This document shows, piece after piece, positions 24,220-37,379 of a stretch of DNA of 64,000 bases. The translations under genes and the position numbers were made by a program. The notes under the pieces are model-generated. The model was not told the origin of the DNA. It searched no databases and saw only the letters and a list, made by a program, of their open reading frames with translations. Within the stretch, counting starts at the first letter, position 1. Every line of letters starts with the position of its first letter. The stretch spans positions 351,230,001 through 351,294,000 of the forward strand of contig OZ024741.1 of assembly GCA_964016885.1 (NCBI GenBank), written 5' to 3'. The DNA comes from Eledone cirrhosa. Its lineage: Eukaryota.

Positions 24220-25499
24220 GTAGAGTATTAGGGCCCAATGGCTGAGCTCTTGAAATGGCAAGAGCTCAGCTATCGTGCCCAGACTCTGGAATTTGCTTTT
24301 GAAACAACAAGAGCTCAGCCGTTGGGCTCTGACTCTCTATTATATTTACACTCTACTATCCCAAGTATCGAGCACACTGCTGAATTATGGTCTTACTAGT
24401 TTGTACTGGTATAATCTTGATCTATATACATATACATATATATATATGTGTATATGTTGAAAGAAAAAAACAAGGAGTTTGTAGGGATCAAAACATTTTT
24501 TATTCTATGTACATTTCATTAATGGAATGAATGTAATTGATAATATTGATGATATTCATTTTTTAATGTGACGTATGTAGAATAAAAAATGTTTGATCCC
24601 TCAAAAGATTTTTAGTAATAATAATTGTTTCTACTTTTGGCACAAGGCCAGCAATTACCCAGTACATTACTGGTACTTTATTTTGTCGACCCCGTAAGGG
24701 TGAAAGGCAAAGTTAACCTCGGCGGGATTTAAACTCAGAATGGCCAGGGGCATAACTCTGTACGTCAAAGCATAGTGTCCGACCTTCTACCGATACTGTC
24801 AATCCACCGCTGCATGATTAATAATGTTAACAATCTGCATGATTAATAATGGTAACAAGTCATTGAATTTCTGATCATCTTCTCTAGTCAAAACTAAGTG
24901 AATATCTCTATTTATAAATGTTGCCCTTATCAAAGAAAAAAATAAATGTAATTTTTGCAACTCATTTCTCTTCTCCTCTTGAATAAAGTTTTAATTATGG
25001 CTTGTAAACTTACATACCTAACTAGATTTGAAATTGACATTATACTAGCAGCCCAAAGAACCATAATTGAATTTGAAGGTAATCTCTGGACCTGAAAAAA
25101 AAAACACCTTAATAATTTTGATATCACTACAGGGTCCAGCAATTCGGTCCTGGTAACTGCCTTAGTTGGTTCATTCCTTTTAGATAAATTAATGGTAGCT
25201 TTTCCCCTTTTACAAGGCAGTTTATATAAAGATGATGCCCTCTTTACTCTTAACTGTAGTAATAATAATTTAGAGAGAACTAAAAACATTTACATAAATT
25301 TTTAAAAAATTACAACCTAACCAAAGCTATTGATATTGATTCTAGATGTGATCTTTGAATTAGACACAGGTCTACACAAACTATTCCACAAACCTTTCAT
25401 GTTAGTAATCTATCAAACCACTCCAGGTCAATAATTAAATCTTTTGTTAATAATGTATCTACAAGAATCCCTAAAGTTCCTGCAAATAGGAAATCTAAT

Positions 25500-25611
25500 G
25501 AGTATTATAATGAGGCCTTATATAGATCTAGATATACAGTATTATAATGAGACCTTATATAGATCTAGATATACAGTATTATAACGAGACCTTATATAGA
25601 TCTAGATATAC
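25500..25611 (+). repeat. 37-bp tandem repeat x3
   Basis: AGTATTATAATGAGACCTTATATAGATCTAGATATAC units; a partial fourth unit lies at 28401-28422. Confidence 0.85.
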
Positions 25612-26070
25612 GTTTGTTAGCCTTGACGGCGACCCTCAGTGCCCCCCCCCCTCTCTATCTCTCTCTATGATGGCTACCCTATCTCTATCTATCTCTAAGC
25701 CACCCATTACCTCCCTTTCGCCCATTCCACCTCACTCATCTTGAAGCTATTGAAGAGATAAGACACTTTATCCTTATCTGCTAAAATGAATCACTAGAGT
25801 TGATTTGGATTCGTTCCAGCCACCCATCCATACAAATTTTTCGAAGGTATCTTAGCTCTTATGACGCTATTATTATTAATATTATTGCTGTTTTTGCTGT
25901 ATTATTTCGGCTATTTGCCACGCTGTATTCTACTCTATCGGTTATTTAAGTTTGTTAGCCTTGACGGCGACCCTCAGTGCCTACCTCACAATTTCCCTCC
26001 CACCCACCCCCTCACACCACCATAGCCTATTCGACCAATCAAACCTCACCCATTTCTACTGCTGCTACTG

Positions 26071-26110
<40 letters not shown>

Positions 26111-28400
26111 CTAACTAACTCTCTCCTCCCCTGTCGCAGCCCAACACACCCTGCCATTACCCCACCACCACTGTTCTTCTAGCCCTCAATTTTCCCACCG
26201 TTATGGATGGATGAGCTGAGAATAAATTTGAGCAACTCTGAATCAATAGATGAAATATGAATCTGCGAGCTACCAAGCACCCATGTGAAGCGCCAACCCA
26301 GAGACCCTTCCCTACGAGTGTCGACAAATGCCCAAAACTCAGAGTTGGTACCATCAATGTAGGCTCAATGAAAGGAAGAGCAGGAGAAATCGTAGAAATG
26401 CTAGAGCGAAAGGAAATTGATGTATGCTGTGTGCAAGAGACTAGATGGAGAGGAGAGTCTGCCAGAGTCCTGGTAGGAAAAAGTCGGTGCTACAAATTTT
26501 TCTGGGTGGGAAATGACGATGGGATGGGTGGTGTAGGTATACTACTAGCTGACAAGTGGGTAGATAAAGTAATCTCAGTGTACAGGGTAAATGCAAGAAT
26601 CATTAAACTCAGACTAGTCTTGAATAAAACAATTACCACAATAATATCAGCTTACGCACCCCAATCGGGGCTGCCAGACGAACTTAAGGATAGGTTTTAC
26701 GAGTCCCTAATGCACACTACTGCTCTAACAGACGACAATGACTTCCTAATCATCGCAGGAGATTTTAACGGACACGTAGGTAAACACTGCGACGGCTTCA
26801 ATAGAGTACATGGAGGCCATGGGGTTGGCACAAGAAATGAAGAAGGATTCAGACTTCTAGAATTCTGCGATGCCAATGACATGTCGATATGTAACACAAA
26901 CTTTAAAAAACCCGACAACCACCTGATCACCTATAGATCAGGGGAGCACTCCAGTAGATAGATTTTATCATCATCAGAGGACGTGACAGATGGACGGTCG
27001 TAAACACAAAAGCCTTCCCTAGTGAGGAATGTACATCCCAACATAGCTTAGTTGTCAGCGACCTCACGGTCAGAACTAGATGAACCTGGAAACAGAGGCC
27101 AACCTGGAGAAGAAAGATCTGGAAGCTGAAAGTCCCCTCAACCAGTAACAGATTTAAAGATATTTTACATCATTGTCAACTGCTACAAAGGTAAAGGCGA
27201 TGCACTAGATAGAGGAAACTATAGAGGTATAAAGTTGATGGACCAGATCATGAAAGTAACAGAAAGAGTTATAGCACAGTTGATTAGGGACCGGGTGAAA
27301 ATAGACAAGATGCAATTTGGGTTTGTACCAGGAAGAGGCACCACTGATGCCCTCTTCCTTGTGAGGCAGCTACAGGAAAAGTACCTAGCTAAAAGTAAGC
27401 CACTCTACTTGGCATTTGTCGACCTTGAGAAAGCCTTTGACAGAGTTCCACGTGCTGTAATCTGGTGGGCTCTTAGAAAACTAGGAGTAGATGAATGGCT
27501 TGTGAAAGCGGTACAAGCCATGTATAGGGGAGCAGTCAGCAAAGTTAGGATTAGCAATGAGTATAGCGAGGAATTTAGCGTACAGGTTGGAGTCCACCAG
27601 GGCTCTGTTCTTAGCCTCCTCCTGTTCATCATAGTCCTGCAGGCAATAACGGAGGAGTTTAAGACCGGATGCCCATGGGAACTCCTGTATGCTGATGACC
27701 TCGCACTCATAGCTGAATCTATGGTAGAACTAGAGAAGAAATTGCAAACTTGGAAGCAGGGACTAGAAAGAAAGGGTCTCAAAGTCAACATGACAAACAC
27801 TAAGGTCCTTGTAAGTAGACGAGAAAACAGAACCCAGATCCCCTCAGGGAAATGGCCTTGCTCAGTATGTAGGAAAGGTGTAGGTAGGAACTCCATTCTC
27901 TGCCCCAAATGCAAACAATGGGTACACAAGAGATGTAGCGGGATCTCAGGAAGCTTAATTAAGAATGTAGGCTTCACATGCAGCAGCTGTGCTGAGAGAG
28001 CAAGCAGCAAACAGCCACAGGAAACAAGTACCACCAATCTCTGGGAGGGCTCTGTAGAAACAGTAGACAGCTTCTGCTACCTAGGTGACCGAATTAGCAA
28101 CGGAGGTGGGTGTTCAGAAAGTACAATAACTAGGGTAAGAACGGGATGGAAGAAGTTTAGGGAACTACTACCACTGCTAGCTGCAAAAGGCTTCTCCCTC
28201 AGAATGAAAGGCAGACTGTATAATGCGTGTATCCGAACAGCAATGTTGCATGGTAGTGAGACCTGGGCGCTGAAGGTGGAAGACTAACGTAGATTAGAGA
28301 GAAACGAAGCCTGCATGCTCCGATGGATGTGTAACAGTAATATACGTGAACGACAAAGCATAAATGAATTGAGAGAGAGACTGAGCATAAGAGGAATCAA
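25612..28400 (+). mobile_element. RTE LINE with putative 5' UTR, APE endonuclease and RT; internally deleted and 3'-truncated
   Basis: ORF 26257-26961 (GTINV, CVQETRW, SAYAPQ, AGDFNGHVG) and ORF 27235-28287 (QFGF, AFVDLEKAFD, GVHQGSVLS, LLYADDL). Premature TAA at 28285. Confidence 0.92.
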
Positions 28401-28743
28401 ATAGATCTAGATATACAGTATTCTGCAATTAACAACTGATGAAATCGCCTGACACTTGCATCATATTCAGATGATGAAGCTGGGCCATTGAAATATGTAT
28501 TGTGTTTTCGCAGAATTAAAATTGTAAAGTTTCTAGTCTGGCCATCTCTTGTTTTTAATGAGTATATATATATATATATATATGTTTTGCAAGGTTTTTG
28601 ATATGAGTGTGTTTTATTATATATTTCTGGCAATATAACAATATGACCCACCCAAAATATAACAATATATATATATAAATGTATATATATATATATATAT
28701 ATACATATATATATACACACATACATTATATTCTCTACACTAG

Positions 28744-28803
28744 ACGAGGCCTTAACAGCAGATTTGTTCCTCCTGTACCTAACAAAGAGGATAATTATGA
28801 CAG
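28744..28803 (+). CDS. FIGNL1: FIGNL1 coding exon (FVPP motif)
   Basis: ctag|...|gtgagt, phase 2-2. RRGLNSRFVPPVPNKED (human RGILGKFVPPIPKQD). Confidence 0.9.
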
Positions 28804-29619
28804 GTGAGTTTTAATTTTTTTGATTTATCATTACTTTCCATTTGATATATGGGTTTTTAGATCTAAAATACCATCAATGTTAAACAAAGAAAAAATCTAA
28901 AATATTTTTTTTTTAAATTTAAATGTTTATAGTACCTTTATTAGTAAAGAAATTGTTGGGAACATTTGCAATACTAAAGATTTCAATTTTTAACCCTCTC
29001 ATGACCATATTTCAATTAATTAATGAAGAATTTTGAAGGATTTACTAAAATTATTAATTATTTCATTACTAAGATAATAATTTAACACATGTTGGAAAAA
29101 TTTAATATAAATAGGAACCTTTTAAAATGTCTTACTTTGTTTCATAGAAGCACAGCTGGTTTTGGCCATGTTGGTACCAAAAGGGTTAATGTGAAGCAGT
29201 CATTGTGCTATTTTTTACTTTTCATGAATGTTTTGCTAATGTGCAGGACGTTAAGTGTTAAAGGAATCTACTATGTAGTGAGTACTCAGAGCAGTTGCTT
29301 AGACTTACCAACAGCTTTAATTCTTGATATGTTCTATACAGCAGCTGAATCTCATTAAAAAAGGAAGGACACATTAGATAATGTAGTCCTGAAAACAAGA
29401 TAAGTTGGTCAACTTGATCATTGGTCTGCTCAATCAGAACTGAACATGGGCTAAACAACAATAGCAGTTCTTAATGCGTCTGTCCTACACTGTTTTTTTA
29501 GAAGTACCTATGGTGGGAAAGGTTTTTCTGTGGAGACTACTTCCATTGCTTATGGGGCAGTCTCTATACAATAGGAGAACCTACATGAAACAGCTCCTAG
29601 ATATCCCACAAGTTACATC

Positions 29620-30040
29620 ATCATCATCATTTTATGTCAATATTCCATGCTGGCATGTGTTTGATGGTTCATCAATGTCCGAGACTAGACTAGTCATATT
29701 TTCTGTATTTGGTATGGTTTTTGCAGCAAGATGCCCTTCTTAATGTTAACCACTTTACACTGTATGTGCATTTTACCATGGCACTGGCACTACCTCTTTA
29801 CAGAATGTACCTGGTGCATTTTGTCATGACACCAGCTCTTCCACTTAATAGAGTGTACCAGGTGCATTTTATCATGGCACTAGCACTGCCACTTTACAGT
29901 GTCTACAGAGTGAATTTTATCATAGCACTAGCTCTACCACTTTACAATGTCCACAGAGTGCATTTTATGACACTAGTACTGCCACTTTACAGTGTCTACT
30001 GAGTGCATTTTATTATGGCACCAGCAGTCTCACTTTACCT
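29620..30040 (-). repeat. RTE-tail element with ~42-bp internal minisatellite
   Basis: Repeated GTGCATTTTATCATGGCACTAGCACTGCCACTTTACA next to the GATGCCCTT tail block. Confidence 0.65.
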
Positions 30041-30213
30041 GAAAAATTGTGATATACATGACTGGGCTGCCTTTGATCATATATGTCCTTGGTCAGAGCT
30101 GATGTGTTAAATAACAACAACCTCCATTGCTTCTTTTGCCTGTTCAGGTGAGAAGAAACATTAACAATTCATTTTTTCTGTTTTCTGTTTCCCTCTTCTC
30201 TTTTATCAATTAG

Positions 30214-30304
30214 AGCCATTCCAAGAAATAATGAAGAAAACGAAATTATTGATGAACGATTGAAAGGTTTTGATCCTAAAATTGTGGAGCTTATCACTAA
30301 TGAG
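30214..30304 (+). CDS. FIGNL1: FIGNL1 coding exon
   Basis: ttag|...|gtaagt, phase 2-0. DERLKGFDPKIVELITNE. Confidence 0.93.
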
Positions 30305-30373
30305 GTAAGTTTATTGAAAGTTAATTTAATTAATATTTGACAAGTAAGGTAACTGATGTTAATACTGTCATTA

Positions 30374-30837
30374 TCTATATATCTAAAACAGAGAATGTCT
30401 GTCTGTCTGTCTGCCAGCTCCCTAAAACTCGAGAACCACCCAACCGATTGTTTTCAAACTTTACACATGTAATACTTATGGTCCTGTGAGTGTTTTCAGA
30501 AAAAGAAATTTCAAATTTCCAATGCCCTAGGGACCGCATTAGGCGATTTAGCGATCTCTCTCTATAATTCTTAGTCTTTCTTTTTAGATAGATACATAGA
30601 TATAACGTTGCACCCTTATAATATCTGTCTGTATGTCTGATTGTCTGCATTACGGCATTATGACGCTATATGCGTGTGTGTGTATATATGTATAGATAGT
30701 GTGTGTATATATATATATATAGTGTGTAACGTTTTTCGAAATATTTACTTCTGCGTTCACAGATTGATTTTTTTTAGTTTCAGAAGATTCCGTTAAGGGT
30801 GAAAGCAGTGATTCTTTGCTTAAACTTTAATCTGTTA

Positions 30838-30903
<66 letters not shown>

Positions 30904-31049
30904 TATATTTGTGTACAGATTTTTTGCATACACAATAACAAAATATAAAGAAACGTATTTATTTCACGAGGCTCGATAAGGATAAATATATATCAAATAT
31001 ATAAGAACCTCAGAGCAAATCCCGAGCAACACGGGGCCATTCTGCTAGT
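30374..31049 (+). mobile_element. non-autonomous Helitron-like element
   Basis: 5' TCTATATATCTAAAA followed by (GTCT)n; 3' GC hairpin CCCGAGCAACACGGGG then CTAG|T. Confidence 0.7.
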
Positions 31050-31795
31050 TATTATTATGAGATTGTAGGATGTTAGAGTATTGGACAAAATGTCTTGATA
31101 TATTGAACCCTTTTGATAAAAAACCACGTGAAACCACCCCAGGTACTTAGGATACAAAGCTGTTTATTTTATGTAAGCACCTTCGGTATGTTCCAAATGT
31201 CAACTAAATAATGATTTCTACATTAGGCACAAGACCAATAATTTTGTGGGAGGGTAAAGTCAAATCACCCCCAGTGCATTACTGGTACTTTATTTTATCG
31301 ACCCCATAAGGATGAAAGGCAAAACTAAACTTGGTGGGATTTGAACTCAGAATGTAAAGGGCCATAACTCTATGCTGCAAAGTATAGTGTCTGGCGCTCT
31401 ACCAATACTGCCAATCCACTGCCCTCGCTCTACCGATACTGTCAATCCACCGCTCTATAATCAAACGTCAACTTAATAATGAGAAAGTTACTTATTAGAA
31501 AATCAAAGACAGTGTCTTTAATTAGAAATATGGTAGCAACAAGATTAATTACAGTCCTTTACGTTCTGAGTTCAAATTCCACCAGAAGTTGCATGTGGCA
31601 GAGGGAAAGGCCAATGGAAGCATTGATTCCTTGGTTTGATCTGATGATTGATTCCTTTTTTTTTTTTTAATATAAAAACTCATTAGAGTAGCTTCACACA
31701 CCTTAGATAGCATATGAACTTAAATCTAGTCTAATGTTAATGTAAAACATTACTCTTTGGATATCAAACTCTGAAACTGCCACTGGTTCTACAAT

Positions 31796-31835
<40 letters not shown>

Positions 31836-31989
31836 GTATTAATATTATAGTTATAATATTAATGGTATACTGATTTACAGGTTGATCTATAGTTCAATGC
31901 AGTAGGGGTCATGCGGAACTGTTATACATTAAAATTTAAATCCTGGATGTCATTTAAATTTTAATATATATATATATATATATATCATT

Positions 31990-32290
31990 AGTCAACACTA
32001 TCAGACTGCCTGTATTATTGAATCTGTTCTGGCATTGGATCTGATCTGGAATCAGATCTGATGCCTGTATTATTAATCAACACTATCAGACAGCCTGTAT
32101 TATTGGATCTGATCCGGGATCGGATCTGATGTCTGTATTATTAGTAAACACTATCAAACTGCCTGTATTATCGGATCGGATCTGGGATCAGATCTAATCT
32201 GGCATCGGATCTGATATCTGTATTATTAGTCAACTATCAGACTGCCTGTATTATCGGATATGTTCTGGCATTGGATCTGATCCGGGATAC
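31990..32290 (+). repeat. ~70-110 bp degenerate tandem repeat rich in GGATC/GATCT
   Basis: CAACACTATCAGACTGCCTGTATTATTGGATCTG occurs four times. Confidence 0.75.
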
Positions 32291-33119
32291 ACACACACAC
32301 ACCTACCCGCAATACACATTACATCTATGGTTTGATTAAGGAACAAGCAAAAGAATCATAATTATGTCACCTTCTCTCCTGAAACTCTGAGATAACTGCA
32401 CTCCAGTACCTCCTTAGGAGACAATATATTATCTAAGAGTTTCGGTTTTTGTCTGCTGGTAGTTTGCTGATATAAGGGGAAAAATAAAAATGATAATAAT
32501 AATATAATTATATATTGTTTTTTATTTAGCAGTGCCTCGGTGAGGCCAATTTTCTATTCCAAACTTTTTTTAAATATCCCTTTAACAAACTTAGCATCCT
32601 GATTTTAATTTCCTATATTTTTTAAATGTGCTTTAACAAGCTTTAATATTTACACCTCTTTGATGTATAACACATGTCTCTTAAGCCAGCCATTATTGGC
32701 TGTCTCTTACCCTTAAGATCTACCTCGTGGATTGTTTTAGCCATAACGTTAATATTTAGTTTTTTAGATTGTTTTTTATTTAGCAGCTCCTTGGTGAGAC
32801 AAACTTTCTATTCAAATTTTTTTTTTAAATGTCCCTTTAAGTTTATTAGATTGTTTTTTTATTTTAAAATGTCTTTTTAACAAACTTAGTGTCCTGATCT
32901 CTTATTTCAAATTTTTTAAAATGTCCCTTTAATAAATTTAGCGTCCTGATCTCTCATAAAACATTTATATAATTCATAGCACGATTCAATTCTTGCTAGA
33001 GGGAAAGCAGACATTCAAATGATGATGATGATGATCATCATCACCAACACTAGAGTGGTTGTCACAAGTGGAGTGTCCTCTTGATCATATTGGCATCGTT
33101 TTTATGTTAACATTTTTAG

Positions 33120-33220
33120 ATAATGGACCAAGGAGCTCCAGTGACTTGGAATGATATTGCTGGACTTGAATTTGCCAAGAAAAACATTCAAGAAATTGTC
33201 ATTTGGCCAATGTTACGACC
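33120..33220 (+). CDS. FIGNL1: FIGNL1 coding exon (start of AAA domain)
   Basis: tttag|...|gtaagt, phase 0-2. [34 protein letters not shown]. Confidence 0.95.
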
Positions 33221-33989
33221 GTAAGTAACTATTATTGTTATTATTATTATCGTTGTCGGTGGATTGTCAGTATCGGTGGAGCGTCAAACACCATGCTTTG
33301 CAACATAGAGCTAGGGCCCTTTACATCTGATTTCAAATCCCGCCGAGGTTAACTTTCATCCTTACGGGGGTCGATAAAATAAAGCACAGGTAATGCGCTG
33401 GGAAAATTGCTGGCCTTGTACCAAAAGCAGAAACAATTATTATTATCATTGTCTTTGTTGTCTTGTCATTGCCATCGCTGACACCTCCATGGTCACTGCT
33501 GCTGCTGTTGTTTTTACTGGGATTTCTTGACAATGGCATCTTTTTGAATGTTATGGAAAACTCATCTCCATTTAAGCTGTTCTCTCTTTGTCCAAGCACT
33601 TCTACTTCTTTTTCTCTTTCCTCTCTCTCTCTCTGACCTCATCGTGTGTTCCAATGATAGAATAGAACCAGTGCTGAATGATGGGAAGGGTAATAAAATG
33701 AGATGTTTGGTTCATGTATTGAGGAAGGATGAAAGTTACTGGGTGAGAGGAATGATGGAAATGAATGTGGAAGGAAGTAGAAGAAAAAGACCAAAATATG
33801 CCTGGCTACAGATGAGGGAGGAGGAAATGGCGAAGCTGGTCATAGAGTTAGCATGACTAGCTCCTGCTTTAGTACGAAAATGGCATTGAAACACCTGTTA
33901 TTTGAACATAAAAAAACACAGACACAAAAGAAATCCAACAGGGCAGAAATAATTCTATGGTTAAAACCTTGTGATTTCTTATTATTTTC

Positions 33990-34180
33990 ATGGATTGGCA
34001 GTATCGGTAGAGGGTCGGACGCCATGCTTTGCAGCAAAGAGTTACGGCCCTTTATGATCTGAGTTCAAATCCTGCCGAGGTTAACTTTGTCTTTCATCCT
34101 TACGGGGTTGATAAAATAAAGTACCAGTAATGTACTGGGTAATTGCTGGCCTTGTGCCTAAAGTAGAAACAATTATTTTC
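33990..34180 (+). mobile_element. tRNA-derived SINE, second family (MetaSINE-like core)
   Basis: GAGTTCAAATCC B box and CTTTCATCCTTACGGGGTCGATAAAATAAAGTACCAG. Other copies near 24625-24812(-), 31215-31425(-), 33258-33440, 36425-36615, 47555-47692 and 52620-52838(-). Confidence 0.7.
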
Positions 34181-34199
34181 ATTACTAAAAAATTATCAT

Positions 34200-35088
34200 A
34201 ATCTATAAAGCTCAGTGTATGGTCATGCTCCTTTGTTATAGAAATCTACGATATAGAATTTCTTCAATTGAAATTTACAATTCAGTATTCGAAATAGCTT
34301 CGGTTGGGTCTTGGCACATATAATTTTTTCAATTTCACCCACAATTACGCAAAAAATCTATAAAACTCAATATTTTACGATTTCCCTCTCTCATTTCAAG
34401 TGCTAAACTCTATCCATTACCCTTCAAAATCTATACAAGTTCATACTTTCTGCTACTTTCTCTTTCCAAGCTGAAACAACACGTAAAATGAAACTAAATT
34501 ATTCTTTTCATTTTACATTGTTCATGTTGATGGTGATACTGTCCGTTTTACTCTCTCATATCATCTGCTTACCTCTATCTACAACCCACACATTTTTCAC
34601 CGTTAGCAGCTACGCGCATCTTTTAAAAATGTGAGTTACAATGTTTTTCAATCGTTCTAACTTTTAGTTGCTTCAAACTTAATGATATATTTACAAACAC
34701 ATACAAACACACACTCACATAAATTGATAAAAAAAAGATTTAAAGCAATTAAACAACGTGCAGGATTTATAACCACAAATACACACTTCATTAAAAAATA
34801 AACTAATAATTTGCGACAATTCTTTTCTTTAAATCGTAAAATTAAACGACAATTATTTTCATTTTCGGCTGTTAATTTTCATGGGGATACTAAACAACTC
34901 CTGACCCAGAGGACGTCATCAACTATCTGTAAAGCTATGTAGCAGGTAAAAGCTATGTAGTCAGTACGATGTTATATAGCATAAAAAGTTTATATAACCG
35001 GTAAATGTTATGTCGCCGTTAGCATGTGTGTGTGTTGGATTTTAGTCTTCAAATTTATTTGGATTTTAGTCTTCAAATTTATTATTAT

Positions 35089-35135
<47 letters not shown>

Positions 35136-35272
35136 ATATTCGTATACAGATATTTTTGCATACACATATAAACAAACGCATTTATTTGACGAGGCTCGAT
35201 AAGGATAAATAGATATCAAATATATAAGAACCCTAGAGCAAATCCCGAGCAACGCCGGGCCATTCTGCTAGT
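34200..35272 (+). mobile_element. non-autonomous Helitron-like element sharing its 3' end with 30374-31049
   Basis: Shared last ~130 bp ending CCCGAGCAACGCCGGG...CTAG|T. The 5' boundary is approximate. Confidence 0.6.
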
Positions 35273-36011
35273 ATGAAATAAATAAGTTCTTCAGTCAAAT
35301 GACATTGTCTGCAACTTATCTAAGTATGGCAGAATTGACTGCTGTTCATATTATGTTTATCCTTAATGGATAGGATTTAACCTTCTAGATCCTCCGGACG
35401 CTTTAAGTCGCTGATAGAGTAATCTCCCCTTAATACATAATGCAGTGTGAAGGGAAGCTATTCATAAAAATTTCTAGTGTGCTAAAGGTTAAATAAATCT
35501 GTATGTCTGTCTGTTTCTATACACGTATACAAATGTGAGTATGGGTACATACTGTATATAAATAAGTAAAAAAGGACAGAAAAAAAAGGTTATTGACTAG
35601 CCGAGGAATATATGACCCAAAAATTGGTGGTAATAATTAGGGGTCAATATTTTAATGTTTTTCATAAACTTCAAATTAAAATATCTGGAGTGATTACTTC
35701 ACAATGAAACAGTTTTTCTATATTTACTGTATTGTCGTGAGTTTTTTTATGTATTGCATTGAGAACATTCCCAACAAATTTTTATTATTTGAACTTTTTA
35801 GTACACATATCCCTTACATGTGCATTCACACATGCACACGTGCACATATACACTTTTTTTAAAATAATACCTTAAACTAAAAATATATATTCATTTCTTT
35901 ACGCTCTCTCTCTTTCTCGCATTGCTTATATATTTTCTCTCTATATATATGAGTGGGAGAGAAAAATCAACTATGGTAATAGCGAATGGGTGTATATTTA
36001 TTTATATATAT

Positions 36012-36707
36012 ACTAGCACAAAAACCACCCTATGGGTGGTTTTCTGCTAGCATGTGTAGTGTGTATATTGATATTATACACAAATATATATGCATGTAAA
36101 TATGATACATCAAATAAAATCGTAATTGACAATAAACACAGAAATTGAACAAAGCTTATGTTACACTGTCTTCTGTAATCAGTAATCCATGATATATTAA
36201 AAAAAAGACGACATTATATATAAACTGCATTAGGAGAAAATTAGCGACGGAAATATATGCGATTATAAGTGTTATAATATAACGGCCGCTAACCGGAAGT
36301 GTTGACATTTAATAATTTTAAAGAAGTGAATTTTAAAGATTAAGCTATAAAATATATTTAATCAACAGCCACGAAATTTAGCACATAAATTATGTAATAT
36401 TCATTCATTATTTATTCAAAGTAAAGGGCGGTGGATTGGCAGTATCAGTAGAGGGTCGGACGCCATGCTTTCCAGCATAGTTACGTCCCTTTACGATCTG
36501 AGTTCAAATCCCACCGAGGTTGACTTTGCCTTTCATCCTTACGGGGTCGATAAAATAAAGTACCAGTAATGCACTGGGTAATTGCTGGCCTTGTGCCTAA
36601 AGTAGAAACAATTATTTATTCAAAGTAATCCAACTTATTTTACAAACGGGATTAAAAAATATATTCTGGACGCAATCCCGCAGACCTTCCTTTATTATAG
36701 TTAAGAT
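36012..36707 (-). mobile_element. Helitron-like element containing a SINE
   Basis: Hairpin AAAACCACCC-TAT-GGGTGGTTTT next to ACTAG at 36012; opposite end reads TCTTAACTATAATAAA on minus. SINE at 36425-36615. Confidence 0.55.
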
Positions 36708-36812
36708 ATATATATATATTTGTTCATCACTCACTGAAAGGGAGATGACTGAGGAAGGAAGGTGGTTGTGACAAACTAGAAAACAACAACCAGCATTCTA
36801 AGATTTGTTACA

Positions 36813-37135
36813 CTTGTGTGAGTGTATGTGTAGTGGCTTGGTTATTATTATTGTGTGAATATATGTGTAGCGATTTGGTTATTATTATTATGTGAGTATA
36901 TGTGTAGTGGCTTGGTTATTATTATTGTGTGAATATATGTGTAGCGATTTGGTTATTATTATTGTGTGAGTATATGTGTAGTGGCTTGGTTATTATTATT
37001 GTGTGAATATATGTGTAGCGATTTGGTTATTATTATTATGTGAGTATATGTGTAGTGACTTGGTTATTATTATTGTGTGAATATATGTGTAGCGACTTGG
37101 TTATTATTATTGTGTTAGTATATGTGTATTTGTGT
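36813..37135 (+). repeat. ~36-bp minisatellite with alternating dimer
   Basis: GTGTGA(G/A)TATATGTGTAG(TGGC/CGAT)TTGGTTATTATTATT, about 8-9 copies. Confidence 0.9.
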
Positions 37136-37379
37136 GAATATATTTATACTTGTGTGAGTGTATTTGTGTGTTTATATTTATATACTCATAAATATATACA
37201 TATGCAAGCCATGATAATAACTTGGTTATCTATGTTAGATGGTTTTTTCGCAAAAAAAAATTGTAATAAAAGAGTTATTAAACTAAAAACTTGGTTTTGT
37301 ACCCTTTTTATATATAAAATACTACAATTAGCCATCATTTTTGACGGTACGGGGCTAGCTGGTCATTAATAATAGTTAT

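Noticed and set aside
27405-28037. Long antisense ORFs over RTE elements (also 12847, 13321, 17745, 20993)
   Set aside because: Shadow frames of the LINE RT coding strand.
33990-34080. tRNA genes at GTTCAAATCC/GTTCGATTC motifs
   Set aside because: These are degenerate SINE heads continuing into SINE bodies; no full cloverleaf is evident.
36813-37135. Regularly spaced ~36-bp repeats as a CRISPR array
   Set aside because: Head-to-tail minisatellite with no unique spacers and no cas genes, in a eukaryotic context.
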